Source: a virus
Direction: 5' to 3' (one strand)
IMG/VR virus record: IMGVR_UViG_3300029339_000415
Length of the DNA stretch: 64,000 nucleotides
Of this stretch, positions 38,344 to 47,547 are shown in pieces (position 1 is the stretch's first letter; each line of letters opens with the position of its first letter). The translations under genes and the position numbers were made by a program. The notes beneath the pieces are model-generated. The model was not told the origin of the DNA, searched no databases, and saw only the letters and a list, made by a program, of their open reading frames with translations.

Positions 38344-39733
38344 AATTCCATCTGGTGCAAATGAAATTATCCATAGTCTACAAAATAATGGATATGAAGC
38401 TTTCTTAGTCGGAGGATGTGTGAGAGATAGTATTCTTGGCAGACCAATTCACGATTATGACATTACAACTTCTGCCACACCAGATGAAATGATGGAAGTA
38501 TTCAAGGACAAGAGAATTATTGAAACTGGTTTGCAACATGGAACTATTACCATTGTAATTGACGGTGAAGGATATGAATGTACAACTTACAGAATTGATG
38601 GTAATTACTCAGATAGTCGTAGACCTGATAGCGTAACATTTACACGAAGTCTTAAAGAAGATTTAAAGCGTAGAGATTTTACAATCAATGCGATGGCATA
38701 CAATGATGAAGTTGGTCTTGTAGATTCGTTTAATGGCATGGAAGATATTGAGCATTATAAAATCAGATGTGTTGGTAGAGCAGAGGATAGATTTTCAGAA
38801 GATGCTTTAAGGATTTTACGTGCTATTCGGTTTGCTTCACAACTGGGATTTGTGGTTGATTCTGACGTAAGTTTGAATATTCATAAAATGTATAAGAATT
38901 TAGAGAATATATCTATTGAGAGAATCAACAGTGAGTTCTGTAAGATTGCATTATCAAGCGAGTTTTATATACAGATAGGATTATTCCGTGAAGTATTTTC
39001 GTTATTTATCCCTGAAATAAAAGATATGTTTGATTTTCCACAGAATAATCCATATCACATCTATGATGTATGGGGACATACAATTCATGCAGTAGAAGCT
39101 TATGAATGTGATTGTGAACCCGACTTGAATCCAAGAGATTTAATTACGTCATTGGCTGTATTTTTTCATGATATTGGAAAGCCACATTGTTATCAAGATG
39201 GCGAAGATGGTATTAGACATTTTAAAAGTCATGGAAAAGTCAGTGCTGATATGACTGATACAATTATGAAAAGACTTCGTTTTGATAATGATACAAGAGA
39301 AAAGGTTGTTGGATTAGTCTATTATCATGATGCAACTTTTGAAGTGGGTGAAAAGTATATCAAGAGATGGCTCAATAAGATTGGAGAAAAACAATTTAGA
39401 AGATTACTGAATGTTCGTAGAGCAGATATTAAAGCGCAGGCTTATACAGAGCAAGAGAGTAGGCTTCAGAAAATTGACAACATCAAATATATCTTAGAGG
39501 AAGTTTTACAGAAAGACGAATGTTTCTCACTGAAAGATTTGGCTGTTAATGGCAATGATTTGATTGAGATCGGATATAAGCCAGGAAAAGAAATAGGGAA
39601 TACACTGAATTGTCTTTTGCAGTTAGTAATTGAAGGTGTATATCTAAACGAGAAAAGTGAGTTACTTAAATATATTGAAACAACAAAAGAATGGATGAAG
39701 TTAGGAGAGAATTATAATGGTAAGATTATTTAG
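38324..39733 (+). CDS. cca: class II CCA-adding enzyme / tRNA nucleotidyltransferase with HD domain
   Basis: head motif FLVGGCVRDSILGRPIHDYDITT; HD motif FFHDIGKP. Confidence 0.75.
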   Translation: MKKLKIEIPSGANEIIHSLQNNGYEAFLVGGCVRDSILGRPIHDYDITTSATPDEMMEVFKDKRIIETGLQHGTITIVIDGEGYECTTYRIDGNYSDSRRPDSVTFTRSLKEDLKRRDFTINAMAYNDEVGLVDSFNGMEDIEHYKIRCVGRAEDRFSEDALRILRAIRFASQLGFVVDSDVSLNIHKMYKNLENISIERINSEFCKIALSSEFYIQIGLFREVFSLFIPEIKDMFDFPQNNPYHIYDVWGHTIHAVEAYECDCEPDLNPRDLITSLAVFFHDIGKPHCYQDGEDGIRHFKSHGKVSADMTDTIMKRLRFDNDTREKVVGLVYYHDATFEVGEKYIKRWLNKIGEKQFRRLLNVRRADIKAQAYTEQESRLQKIDNIKYILEEVLQKDECFSLKDLAVNGNDLIEIGYKPGKEIGNTLNCLLQLVIEGVYLNEKSELLKYIETTKEWMKLGENYNGKII

Positions 39734-40643
39734 CCACAGTGATTTAGACGGAATTGGTTGTGGTATTTTAGCACAACTTGCATTTGGTAAAGATAATGTA
39801 GAAATTTCATATTGTGATTACGACAATATTGATTCAACTGTAAAGGAATATTTGGAAACAGAACAGGACGACACAATCCCAATTTATATTACCGATATTC
39901 GTGTTAATGAAGAAACCGCTGAGTTGCTGAATAAAAGAGGCAATGTTCAGTTATTAGATCATCATCCAACAGCTCTTGGATTGAATAAGTATGATTGGTG
40001 TGATGTAGTTATTGAAGATTCCAAAGGAATTAAAACATCGGGAACTATGTTGTTTTATCATTGGTTAGGTATGAATGGTTGTCTGAGTGAAGAGTTAGAG
40101 AATAATAAAGCGTTAGAGAGATTTGCTGAACTTGTGAGAGATTACGACACTTGGAGATGGTCAGAACTTGGTGAAGATGGTGTTATTTGTAAGCAGGTGA
40201 ACGATTTACTTTATCTGTATGGTCGAGATGATTTTATTCATTGGTGTATTTCAGAAATCCATGATGAGGTATTCCCAAGATTATATGCTAAAGATGAGGT
40301 TATTCTGAAGATTAAGCAGGATGAAATTGATAGATATATCGAAGAGAAGAATAAAACTATGTTTACCAGTCCTATGTGCGGTAAGGTTTGTGGTTTTGTA
40401 TTTGCAGATAGATTTGTTAGTGAATTAGGTAATAGACTTTGTAAAATGCATCCTGAAATTGATTTTGTGGCTATGATTGATATTGATGGTTGTACGGTAT
40501 CTTATAGAACCGTTAAAGAAGATATTGATCTTGGTAAAGATGTAGCAAGTTTATTTGGTGGCGGTGGTCATCCAAAAGCTGCTGGTTCAGAATTTAGTCA
40601 GAGTATTAAGTTGAAAGTTATTGAGGAAATCTTTGGACAGTGA
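39717..40643 (+). CDS. DHH/DHHA1 phosphoesterase (NrnA-like oligoribonuclease / pAp phosphatase)
   Basis: HSDLDGIGCG, LLDHHPT (DHH) and LFGGGGHPKAAG (DHHA1) motifs. Confidence 0.7.
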   Translation: MVRLFSHSDLDGIGCGILAQLAFGKDNVEISYCDYDNIDSTVKEYLETEQDDTIPIYITDIRVNEETAELLNKRGNVQLLDHHPTALGLNKYDWCDVVIEDSKGIKTSGTMLFYHWLGMNGCLSEELENNKALERFAELVRDYDTWRWSELGEDGVICKQVNDLLYLYGRDDFIHWCISEIHDEVFPRLYAKDEVILKIKQDEIDRYIEEKNKTMFTSPMCGKVCGFVFADRFVSELGNRLCKMHPEIDFVAMIDIDGCTVSYRTVKEDIDLGKDVASLFGGGGHPKAAGSEFSQSIKLKVIEEIFGQ

Positions 40644-40652
40644 GGTTAGAAT

Positions 40653-40862
40653 ATGAAAATTATTGTAGATAAAATGCCAGATGAACCAAAAGAATGCATC
40701 TTTTCTGAATGTACAAATCAGTTGCGTGGTAATTATGCATGTAATTTATACCAAGGAAGAGGATGTGAACCTAATAGATGCGATTTTTTAAAGCCAATTA
40801 CAGATTATCATGCGGTTGAACATATGGGTGATAATATAGCGAGAATGATACCAATAGAATGA
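40653..40862 (+). CDS. hypothetical Cys-rich protein (69 aa)
   Basis: SD TGAGGTTAGAA. Confidence 0.4.
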   Translation: MKIIVDKMPDEPKECIFSECTNQLRGNYACNLYQGRGCEPNRCDFLKPITDYHAVEHMGDNIARMIPIE

Positions 40863-40872
40863 GGTGAAATAA

Positions 40873-41316
40873 ATGACGTATAGAGAAGAAAATAAAGACT
40901 TATTTACAGTACCAGAAAATTATTATTTAGCACATTGTATTAGTGCAGATTTTGGAATGGGTAAAGGGATTGTAGTTGAATTCAATAAAAGATTTGATAT
41001 GAAACGAAAATTACAGACAAAATATCCAGATTATCTTAATCAGTATACTCATAAGAGAATTGGTGGTGACTGTCTATTAGAGGGTAGGGTATTAAATCTT
41101 ATTACAAAAGAGAGATATTTTCACAAACCAACAATTATCACAATGAGACTTGCACTTGAAAAGATGAAACAGATTTGTTTAAAGAATAATATCAAAAAGA
41201 TTGCAATGCCTGTAATTGGTTGTGGTTTAGATAGGTTGAACTGGAATGATGTCTCAGAACAAATTAAAAATGTTTTTGCAGATACGGATATTGAGATTTT
41301 AGTGTGTAAGAGGTGA
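40873..41316 (+). CDS. macro domain protein, TARG1/OARD1 (DarG-macro)-like ADP-ribose hydrolase
   Basis: LAHCISADFGMGKGIVVEF and AMPVIGCGLDRLNWNDV closely parallel TARG1 motifs LAHCISEDCRMGAGIAVLF and SMPRIGCGLDRLQWENV. Confidence 0.7.
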   Translation: MTYREENKDLFTVPENYYLAHCISADFGMGKGIVVEFNKRFDMKRKLQTKYPDYLNQYTHKRIGGDCLLEGRVLNLITKERYFHKPTIITMRLALEKMKQICLKNNIKKIAMPVIGCGLDRLNWNDVSEQIKNVFADTDIEILVCKR

Positions 41317-41319
41317 ATT

Positions 41320-42093
41320 ATGGCAGTATATGTAACAGGTGATATACATGGAAATCCTACACGATTAAGTAAAGATAGTTTCTATGAACAGAAAGATTTT
41401 TCTGGTAATAAAGATGAGAACACTGTAATTATTCTTGGTGATTTTGGTCTTGTATGGAATCGAGATGGAGAAAGTAAACAGGAAAAATATTGGTTGGATT
41501 GGTTAAATCAGAAACCATTCACAATTGTATTTGTTGATGGAAATCACGAGAATCATAAAAGACTTGCAACTTATTCTGTAAAAGAGTGGCGTGGCGGTAA
41601 GGTTCATGAAGTCAGATCTAATATATTGCATTTAATGCGTGGCGAAGTGTTTACCATTGAAAATAAGAAATTCTTTGCATTTGGCGGTGCATCAAGTCAT
41701 GATATTCAGGATGGCATTCTTGATTACAATGATGAAAATTGGAGAGAAGAAGCTAAGAAACTTGATAATCACGGTAAGTATATGTATCGCATAAAAGATT
41801 TATCTTGGTGGGAAGAGGAATTACCAACAGATGAAGAGATGCAGCATGGATTAGATGTTTTAAAAGAGAATAATAATTTAGTCGATTATATTATTACGCA
41901 TAGTCCTTCTACATCTGAATTATATCTTATGGGCGGTAAGTGGTTGTATAAACCAGATGTGTTGACTAATTATTTGGAAGAAGTGAAAGCTGCAACTGAA
42001 TACAAAAAACATCTGTTTGGTCATATGCATTTGAATAAGGCAATCAATCACAGAGATATTTGTTTGTATGAACAGATTATTAGAATATTGTAA
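41320..42093 (+). CDS. calcineurin-like metallophosphoesterase
   Basis: GDIHG, ILGDFG, VDGNHENH, FGHMH motifs. Confidence 0.7.
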   Translation: MAVYVTGDIHGNPTRLSKDSFYEQKDFSGNKDENTVIILGDFGLVWNRDGESKQEKYWLDWLNQKPFTIVFVDGNHENHKRLATYSVKEWRGGKVHEVRSNILHLMRGEVFTIENKKFFAFGGASSHDIQDGILDYNDENWREEAKKLDNHGKYMYRIKDLSWWEEELPTDEEMQHGLDVLKENNNLVDYIITHSPSTSELYLMGGKWLYKPDVLTNYLEEVKAATEYKKHLFGHMHLNKAINHRDICLYEQIIRIL

Positions 42094-42107
42094 AGTGAGG
42101 TGAGAAC

Positions 42108-42497
42108 GTGAAAATAAAAGATAAAATACGAAATAAATTAAGAACTTGGTTCTTTGAGACTGAATTAAAGGACTTGCAAAAATCTACTATACAGATGCAA
42201 ATGGCACGAAACCAATATTCAGACGCATATAGATTAGTCAATGATTGTCATCAATTAATAAATTCAATGATGGATGTCGGAACTGATATTCATTTACATA
42301 GCGACCATTCTTGGGCTGTTGTATGTATTAAAGGTCACCCAGAGTACGTATCATTTATGCCATTATCATCTGGTGATGCTCGTGATGTAATCAGATTTTT
42401 ACAACAATTCAAATATTCAGATAGGGTGATTGATTCACCTTTTGGATTTAAAAATATGATTAATGACCATATTATGGATAATCCATTTGTAAAGTAG
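42108..42497 (+). CDS. hypothetical protein (129 aa)
   Basis: GTG start after SD GTGAGGTGAG. Confidence 0.4.
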   Translation: MKIKDKIRNKLRTWFFETELKDLQKSTIQMQMARNQYSDAYRLVNDCHQLINSMMDVGTDIHLHSDHSWAVVCIKGHPEYVSFMPLSSGDARDVIRFLQQFKYSDRVIDSPFGFKNMINDHIMDNPFVK

Positions 42498-42563
42498 AGA
42501 ATAATCTAATATAGAAGTAATTCTATTCAAAGGCTGGTCAGCCAAATTAAGCGAGGTGATAAA

Positions 42564-42863
42564 GTGAAGAAATATTGGGAAACAGGTGAAAAGAATAAAT
42601 TTGGTAAGGAATGTTATAAATTACATTTTAGTCAATTTTATGAAGAAGATGATAAAAATGTAGTAGCTGGTTTTGTACAAGATGAGACAGACGAAAACAT
42701 ATTTATATATGTATCAAAAGAATTAAATGTTGAATATGATACATTGTTTGCAGACAGTATAGAAGATGCAAAGCATCGAATTGAAGAGATGTTAATAGAC
42801 CATTGGAATGAAGAGATTGATTATTTAGAAAATCGAATTAAATCATTTCAAGGCGAAGAATAA
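42564..42863 (+). CDS. hypothetical protein (99 aa)
   Basis: GTG start after SD GCGAGGTGA; flanked by similar GGCTGGTCAGCCAAATT / GGCGATTCAGCCAAATT hairpins. Confidence 0.4.
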   Translation: MKKYWETGEKNKFGKECYKLHFSQFYEEDDKNVVAGFVQDETDENIFIYVSKELNVEYDTLFADSIEDAKHRIEEMLIDHWNEEIDYLENRIKSFQGEE

Positions 42864-43056
42864 TCATATATAGAAATTTCTATCTTGGCGATTCAGCCAA
42901 ATTTTCCAAATAAAAGTAACAAGAATTATTTTTTCCTATGGTTTTAGCAGACGTGTTAATTCCATAGGATTTTACAACAAAATAATTAAGAAGAAAGGAA
43001 TTAAGCAGTAACTCCTAGGTAATTATGGTTACGTGACCTCTGTAAAATAGTATATT

Positions 43057-44025
43057 TTGACAGAGAATAATGAAAAAAATAATTATTGTGAGCTTAATGG
43101 ACGACCATTGCGTTTATTAATAGGTGGTTCACCTTGTACATTTTGGTCGATCTCACAATCACCCGAAAGAAGAGAAACCACTTGTGAAGGTACAGGATGG
43201 GAATTATTTAAAAATTATTTAATTACGAAAGAAAAATGGCAACCAGATATATTTTTATATGAGAACAACGAAAGTATATCAAAAGAAATTCAAAAAGAAA
43301 TCGAAAAACGATTAAATGTTAATCTATTACATATCAACAGTGCATTATTATCAGCACAAACTCGACATCGTATCTATGCTACTAATATCAATATTGATCC
43401 AAAAAATATTATAGATAAGGGTATAAGAGTGAAAGATATTCTTGATGTTAAATTCCATAAAGAAAACTTAATAAATGAGGTCAAATTTAATAACAGAGAT
43501 GATACTAAGGATAACAATAAACTTGTTAGAATTGGCACTATTGGTAAAGGTGGACAAGGTGAAAGAGTATATTCCATAAATGGTAAATCATGCACTTTGT
43601 CTGCCAATGGTGGTGGAAGAGGTGCAAAAACTGGATTGTATCTTATCAATGGAGAAGTAAGAAAATTAAATCCCTTAGAAGCAGAAAGATTACAGACGTT
43701 ACCTGATAATTATACATTATGTAATGGTGTTCCTGAAACGCAGCGTTATAAAAGTATTGGTAATGGATGGACGTCAGAGGTAATTATTCATATTTTAAAT
43801 CAGGGATTAAAGAATGTTCCACGAGATTATCCTATTGAAGTTCTAAGCTTATATGATGGTATTGCTACTGGTAGATATTGTTTAGAAAAAATGGGATTTA
43901 CAAATATTATATATAAAGCGTATGAAATAGATAAATATGCTATGAATGTTGCCACATATAATTATCCAGATATTGAAGAGTGTGGCGATGTATTCCAGGT
44001 TAGAAATGATGATTGGGAATATTAA
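43057..44025 (+). CDS. DNMT3-like DNA (cytosine-5) methyltransferase, circularly permuted (motifs IV-X then I-III); start codon uncertain
   Basis: LLIGGSPCTFWS (IV), EGTGWELF, FLYENNES (VI), QTRHRIYATN (VIII), ERLQTLPDNYT, GNGWTSEVIIHIL (X), then PIEVLSLYDGIATG (I) and GDVFQVRNDDWEY at C-terminus; no in-frame ATG, TTG 43057 overlaps a TTGACA -35-like hexamer, no SD. Confidence 0.55.
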   Translation: MTENNEKNNYCELNGRPLRLLIGGSPCTFWSISQSPERRETTCEGTGWELFKNYLITKEKWQPDIFLYENNESISKEIQKEIEKRLNVNLLHINSALLSAQTRHRIYATNINIDPKNIIDKGIRVKDILDVKFHKENLINEVKFNNRDDTKDNNKLVRIGTIGKGGQGERVYSINGKSCTLSANGGGRGAKTGLYLINGEVRKLNPLEAERLQTLPDNYTLCNGVPETQRYKSIGNGWTSEVIIHILNQGLKNVPRDYPIEVLSLYDGIATGRYCLEKMGFTNIIYKAYEIDKYAMNVATYNYPDIEECGDVFQVRNDDWEY

Positions 44026-44098
44026 ATAGAGAATAACATAAAAGGAAGGAGTAAGAGGTTTGGTATACCGAAAACGCAGCGTTTACTCCTGATATATA

Positions 44099-44824
44099 AT
44101 GATTTACATGGGAAGCAAAAATCGGTTATCAAAACAAATTGTACCGATTATACAGAATTACATAGACAATGGATGCAATGGTTATTTAGAACCATTCGTA
44201 GGTGGTGCAAATATTATTGATAAAATTGAATGCGACAATAAGATAGGAAGCGATATTGATAAATATGTAATCTCTGTACTTATTGGTTTGCAGCAAGGAA
44301 TTGAACCACCAAAAGAAGTATCGAAAGAATTTTATATTGATGTAAAAAATAATCCTGACAAGTATTCTGATTTTATAACAGGGTATATAGGATATGAACT
44401 TAGTTTTGGAGCAAAGTGGTTTGGGGGTTATGCAAAGCGTGATGATGCTAAACATCGTGGAGATATTTATTCTTACAAATCATGTATGAAGCAAGCTCCA
44501 AATCTTAAAGATATCCATTTTAGAACAGCTTCATTTTTAGATTATTCTAACTTATATGGGTATGTAATATATTGCGATCCACCGTATAAAAATACAACAA
44601 AATATAAAACAGGTGAATTTCCATATGAACAATTTTATCAATGGTGTAGAAAAATGTCTAAAGATAATGTTGTCATTATAAGTGAATATTCAATGCCAGA
44701 TGACTTTGATTGCATTTGGGAGAAACAAGTTAAGATTACATTTGACAGCAATAGAAAGTGTAATAGCATTAAGGATTTTCGAAGAGAAAAGCTGTTTGTG
44801 TATAAAAATAAAAGTTCTAAGTAA
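44099..44824 (+). CDS. Dam-family (D12 class) N6-adenine DNA methyltransferase
   Basis: GSKNRL...YLEPFVGGA N-terminal motif and YCDPPYKNTTKY catalytic motif. Confidence 0.7.
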   Translation: MIYMGSKNRLSKQIVPIIQNYIDNGCNGYLEPFVGGANIIDKIECDNKIGSDIDKYVISVLIGLQQGIEPPKEVSKEFYIDVKNNPDKYSDFITGYIGYELSFGAKWFGGYAKRDDAKHRGDIYSYKSCMKQAPNLKDIHFRTASFLDYSNLYGYVIYCDPPYKNTTKYKTGEFPYEQFYQWCRKMSKDNVVIISEYSMPDDFDCIWEKQVKITFDSNRKCNSIKDFRREKLFVYKNKSSK

Positions 44825-44890
44825 AGCGGAATTTCTTCTGAGTTCAGAGAACAAATACATATAAAAAATAAAGAAAAGAGGATTAAATAT

Positions 44891-45196
44891 ATGAGTAAAG
44901 CTGTTTTAGTGATGAACATGCCTGAAACTTGTTGTGATTGTAATTTTTGTAGAGAAATACAAGAAGGTATCGAAGCATGTTGTGAATTAATGGATGAGCC
45001 AAATGATAATACTCTTTGTAGAATGGTTGATAGTAAAAATGGATATTGTCAAGAAAAACCAAGTTGGTGTCCATTAAAAGAATTACCAGAAGAGACTCAC
45101 AATGATGAATATATGGATGAATATTGTGATGGTTATGATAATGGTTGGAACTCATTAAGAAAGGAAATTTTAGGCGAAGATGAGGAGAATAAGTAG
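44891..45196 (+). CDS. hypothetical Cys-rich acidic protein (101 aa)
   Basis: SD AAAGAGGATTA; CCDCNFC motif. Confidence 0.4.
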   Translation: MSKAVLVMNMPETCCDCNFCREIQEGIEACCELMDEPNDNTLCRMVDSKNGYCQEKPSWCPLKELPEETHNDEYMDEYCDGYDNGWNSLRKEILGEDEENK

Positions 45197-45544
45197 ATGA
45201 CAGTTGGTGTAAAAATATATGAAGCAAAAGATACAATTAAGAAATACGAAAACCTTGGGTATAGATTTGTTGGTGAAGAAAATGTAGGTGAAGGATACCT
45301 AAAGCTCATATTCAGAGATCCTATTATTCAAAAAGAGAATTTAATTAAAATACCAAATGTTTCATCTACTGTTACAGGTACGATTCCAAGAGTATTTCTT
45401 TTTAAAACTGATTTACCATTTGACGATGCCGAGAAAATAGGTGAATGGATTTATAAAAGTATTAAGAAAGGTGTGCTTGTTATTCCAGAATGTGTTGAAT
45501 TTATAGGTGTAGAAGATTTGTATAAGACAGAAAGGATAGAATAA
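45197..45544 (+). CDS. hypothetical protein (115 aa)
   Basis: ORF contiguous with previous. Confidence 0.4.
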   Translation: MTVGVKIYEAKDTIKKYENLGYRFVGEENVGEGYLKLIFRDPIIQKENLIKIPNVSSTVTGTIPRVFLFKTDLPFDDAEKIGEWIYKSIKKGVLVIPECVEFIGVEDLYKTERIE

Positions 45545-45742
45545 ATGAATAAAGAAAAACAAATTGAGGTATTAGAAGACCTGAAATCTTATGTAAATGA
45601 AAATTGGGATGAGTATGAATATGCAGATGATATAAACGATGCCAATGTAGCACTAGATGCAGCAATAACTTTACTCAAATCGTCTAAAGTTGCAGGTACA
45701 TTAACCATAAATAATAAAAGTTATATAGTTCTTGAAGGGTAA
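45545..45742 (+). CDS. hypothetical protein (65 aa)
   Basis: ORF. Confidence 0.35.
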   Translation: MNKEKQIEVLEDLKSYVNENWDEYEYADDINDANVALDAAITLLKSSKVAGTLTINNKSYIVLEG

Positions 45743-45781
45743 GAATCATAGATTTCTTAGTGGTTATAAAGGAGTATTTCG

Positions 45782-46129
45782 ATGAAAGAAGAATTGAAGG
45801 AAAATATCTTAATAATTGTTATACTACTGGCAATAATTGTAATGCCAATATTGGGAATATGTTTAACCACTCATCCAGAAATAAGACATATATCTTATTA
45901 TGATAATAACGATTATTATATGGTAAATGTTGTTGTTGGTTCTGGGAGAAGTGAAAAATCCCATTTTGGAGCAATTAAAAAAGATGATTATAACAAATGG
46001 GCAAATCAAGAAAATGGAAGTATATGGGTTGTTTCGTCTAAAGATGAAAGTCGAGGTTGGAGATTAAATATTGGTCTAATAACAACAATTCAAATATACG
46101 ATAGAAAATGGTTGCCATTAAATTTTTAA
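45782..46129 (+). CDS. membrane-anchored hypothetical protein (115 aa)
   Basis: N-terminal TM ILIIVILLAIIVMPILGICL. Confidence 0.4.
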   Translation: MKEELKENILIIVILLAIIVMPILGICLTTHPEIRHISYYDNNDYYMVNVVVGSGRSEKSHFGAIKKDDYNKWANQENGSIWVVSSKDESRGWRLNIGLITTIQIYDRKWLPLNF

Positions 46130-46363
46130 AAAGAATAAACAATAAATGAGGTAAAGCGAACTGAAAGCCTGAGATGGTGAAAAGGTAAAGGTAAAGGCTG
46201 AAATTAACAAGTCAGTCAACCGATGAGCGTATAGGCTGAAACTCATTTGAGAATATAATGCCTTGGAACAAACATCGATTCTAACATGTAATGATGAGGA
46301 ATAAGGATGCTCTCATAGAGTACAGAAATGAATGTACTCTCAATATGAAAAGAGGTGAAGTTT

Positions 46364-46684
46364 TTGAAGATCGTACAAAATAAATCACATTATGATTTTA
46401 GAATAAAAATCGGAAATGACTATATAACTATTGCAACGCTTCATCCGTGGTTGTTTAGTAAATATAATTATAAATACAATCTGTATTTTTATTATTATGG
46501 AGCTGAGTATGAGGAAGGAACGTATGCTTGCTGTCATAGAAATGGGAATGAAAAAATGGTTGTATATGAACAAGAGGATGAACTTCATAAAGAATTTCTT
46601 AAAAGAGTAACAAGGATAATTTCAAAGAAACTGTATGTTATAGGAAGTTCGATCTTGGAAGAAATAAAGTATATTGAAGATTAG
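46364..46684 (+). CDS. hypothetical protein (106 aa)
   Basis: TTG start after SD AGAGGTGA. Confidence 0.35.
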   Translation: MKIVQNKSHYDFRIKIGNDYITIATLHPWLFSKYNYKYNLYFYYYGAEYEEGTYACCHRNGNEKMVVYEQEDELHKEFLKRVTRIISKKLYVIGSSILEEIKYIED

Positions 46685-46712
46685 GAGAATAAATTAGCAG
46701 GAGGTAAACAAT

Positions 46713-47249
46713 ATGGAATATAGAGAGACTGATTTTTGTTGCGGTTGGACTATTGAACGAGCTGTAAAGGAATTACACAAAAGAGCAAAGGATGGCAATA
46801 AATATTGTGGTGAATTCAATGGGAATAAACTAACATCTGATATGTCTTTAGATGATGCTTATATGCTTTGTACAGGTAAAACTTTTGACGAATTTAATAA
46901 AGAACAAGAAGAAAGTCGTCAAAGATTAATTCATGAAGAGGAAGAACACAAAAGAAAAATCCCTGAATTATCAAAGTATTGGATAGAAGAAGGTCATAAG
47001 GTTTTATCTAAAGATAAATGGGATATGTGGGATAAATGTGTTCCTATTCGACTTGGTGATTTATACAGAGGAATGGAACTTGGTCAGTGCTTAGATATTA
47101 TCAAAACTATTAAAGAAAAATCTATCCAAGATGGAATTGAAATTATGAAAAATCAGGGACATTCTGGTATGTCATGGGGATTAATGAAGTCTATGATTAG
47201 AGAATTTTGTGATTGTGGCAATGAATTTTTAGAACAGTTAGGAGAATAA
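46713..47249 (+). CDS. hypothetical protein (178 aa)
   Basis: SD AGCAGGAGGTAAA. Confidence 0.45.
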   Translation: MEYRETDFCCGWTIERAVKELHKRAKDGNKYCGEFNGNKLTSDMSLDDAYMLCTGKTFDEFNKEQEESRQRLIHEEEEHKRKIPELSKYWIEEGHKVLSKDKWDMWDKCVPIRLGDLYRGMELGQCLDIIKTIKEKSIQDGIEIMKNQGHSGMSWGLMKSMIREFCDCGNEFLEQLGE

Positions 47250-47250
47250 T

Positions 47251-47514
47251 ATGGCAGGATTTGTATCAAAACAGCCAAATGGATTATATTGTAGATTTTC
47301 GAGTGTCACGGATTGTCCTACGGCATGGAATATGACAAGAGAAGATTATATCAATATGAAAATGCAGGAAGCAAAAGAAGACGCTGAAGATGTGTTGGAT
47401 AATTATTTAAAGCCGTTTGATATGGTGGTTGACATGTATTATCCAAACAATATGACAAAAGAGGAATTTGATGAATTCCTTGAAGAGACTGGATATGATA
47501 AGAAATCTAAATAA
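47251..47514 (+). CDS. hypothetical acidic protein (87 aa)
   Basis: SD TTAGGAGAATA. Confidence 0.4.
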   Translation: MAGFVSKQPNGLYCRFSSVTDCPTAWNMTREDYINMKMQEAKEDAEDVLDNYLKPFDMVVDMYYPNNMTKEEFDEFLEETGYDKKSK

Positions 47515-47547
47515 AGCAGAGAATAACATAATAGGAGGTGCAAATAA

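Noticed and set aside
43070-43120. 16-codon ORF MKKIIIVSLMDDHCVY in the +1 frame as a possible frameshifted N-terminus of the C5 MTase
   Set aside because: No slippery site, no MTase motif I in it, and motif I is already present at the C-terminus of the main ORF. Kept only as a note on start ambiguity.
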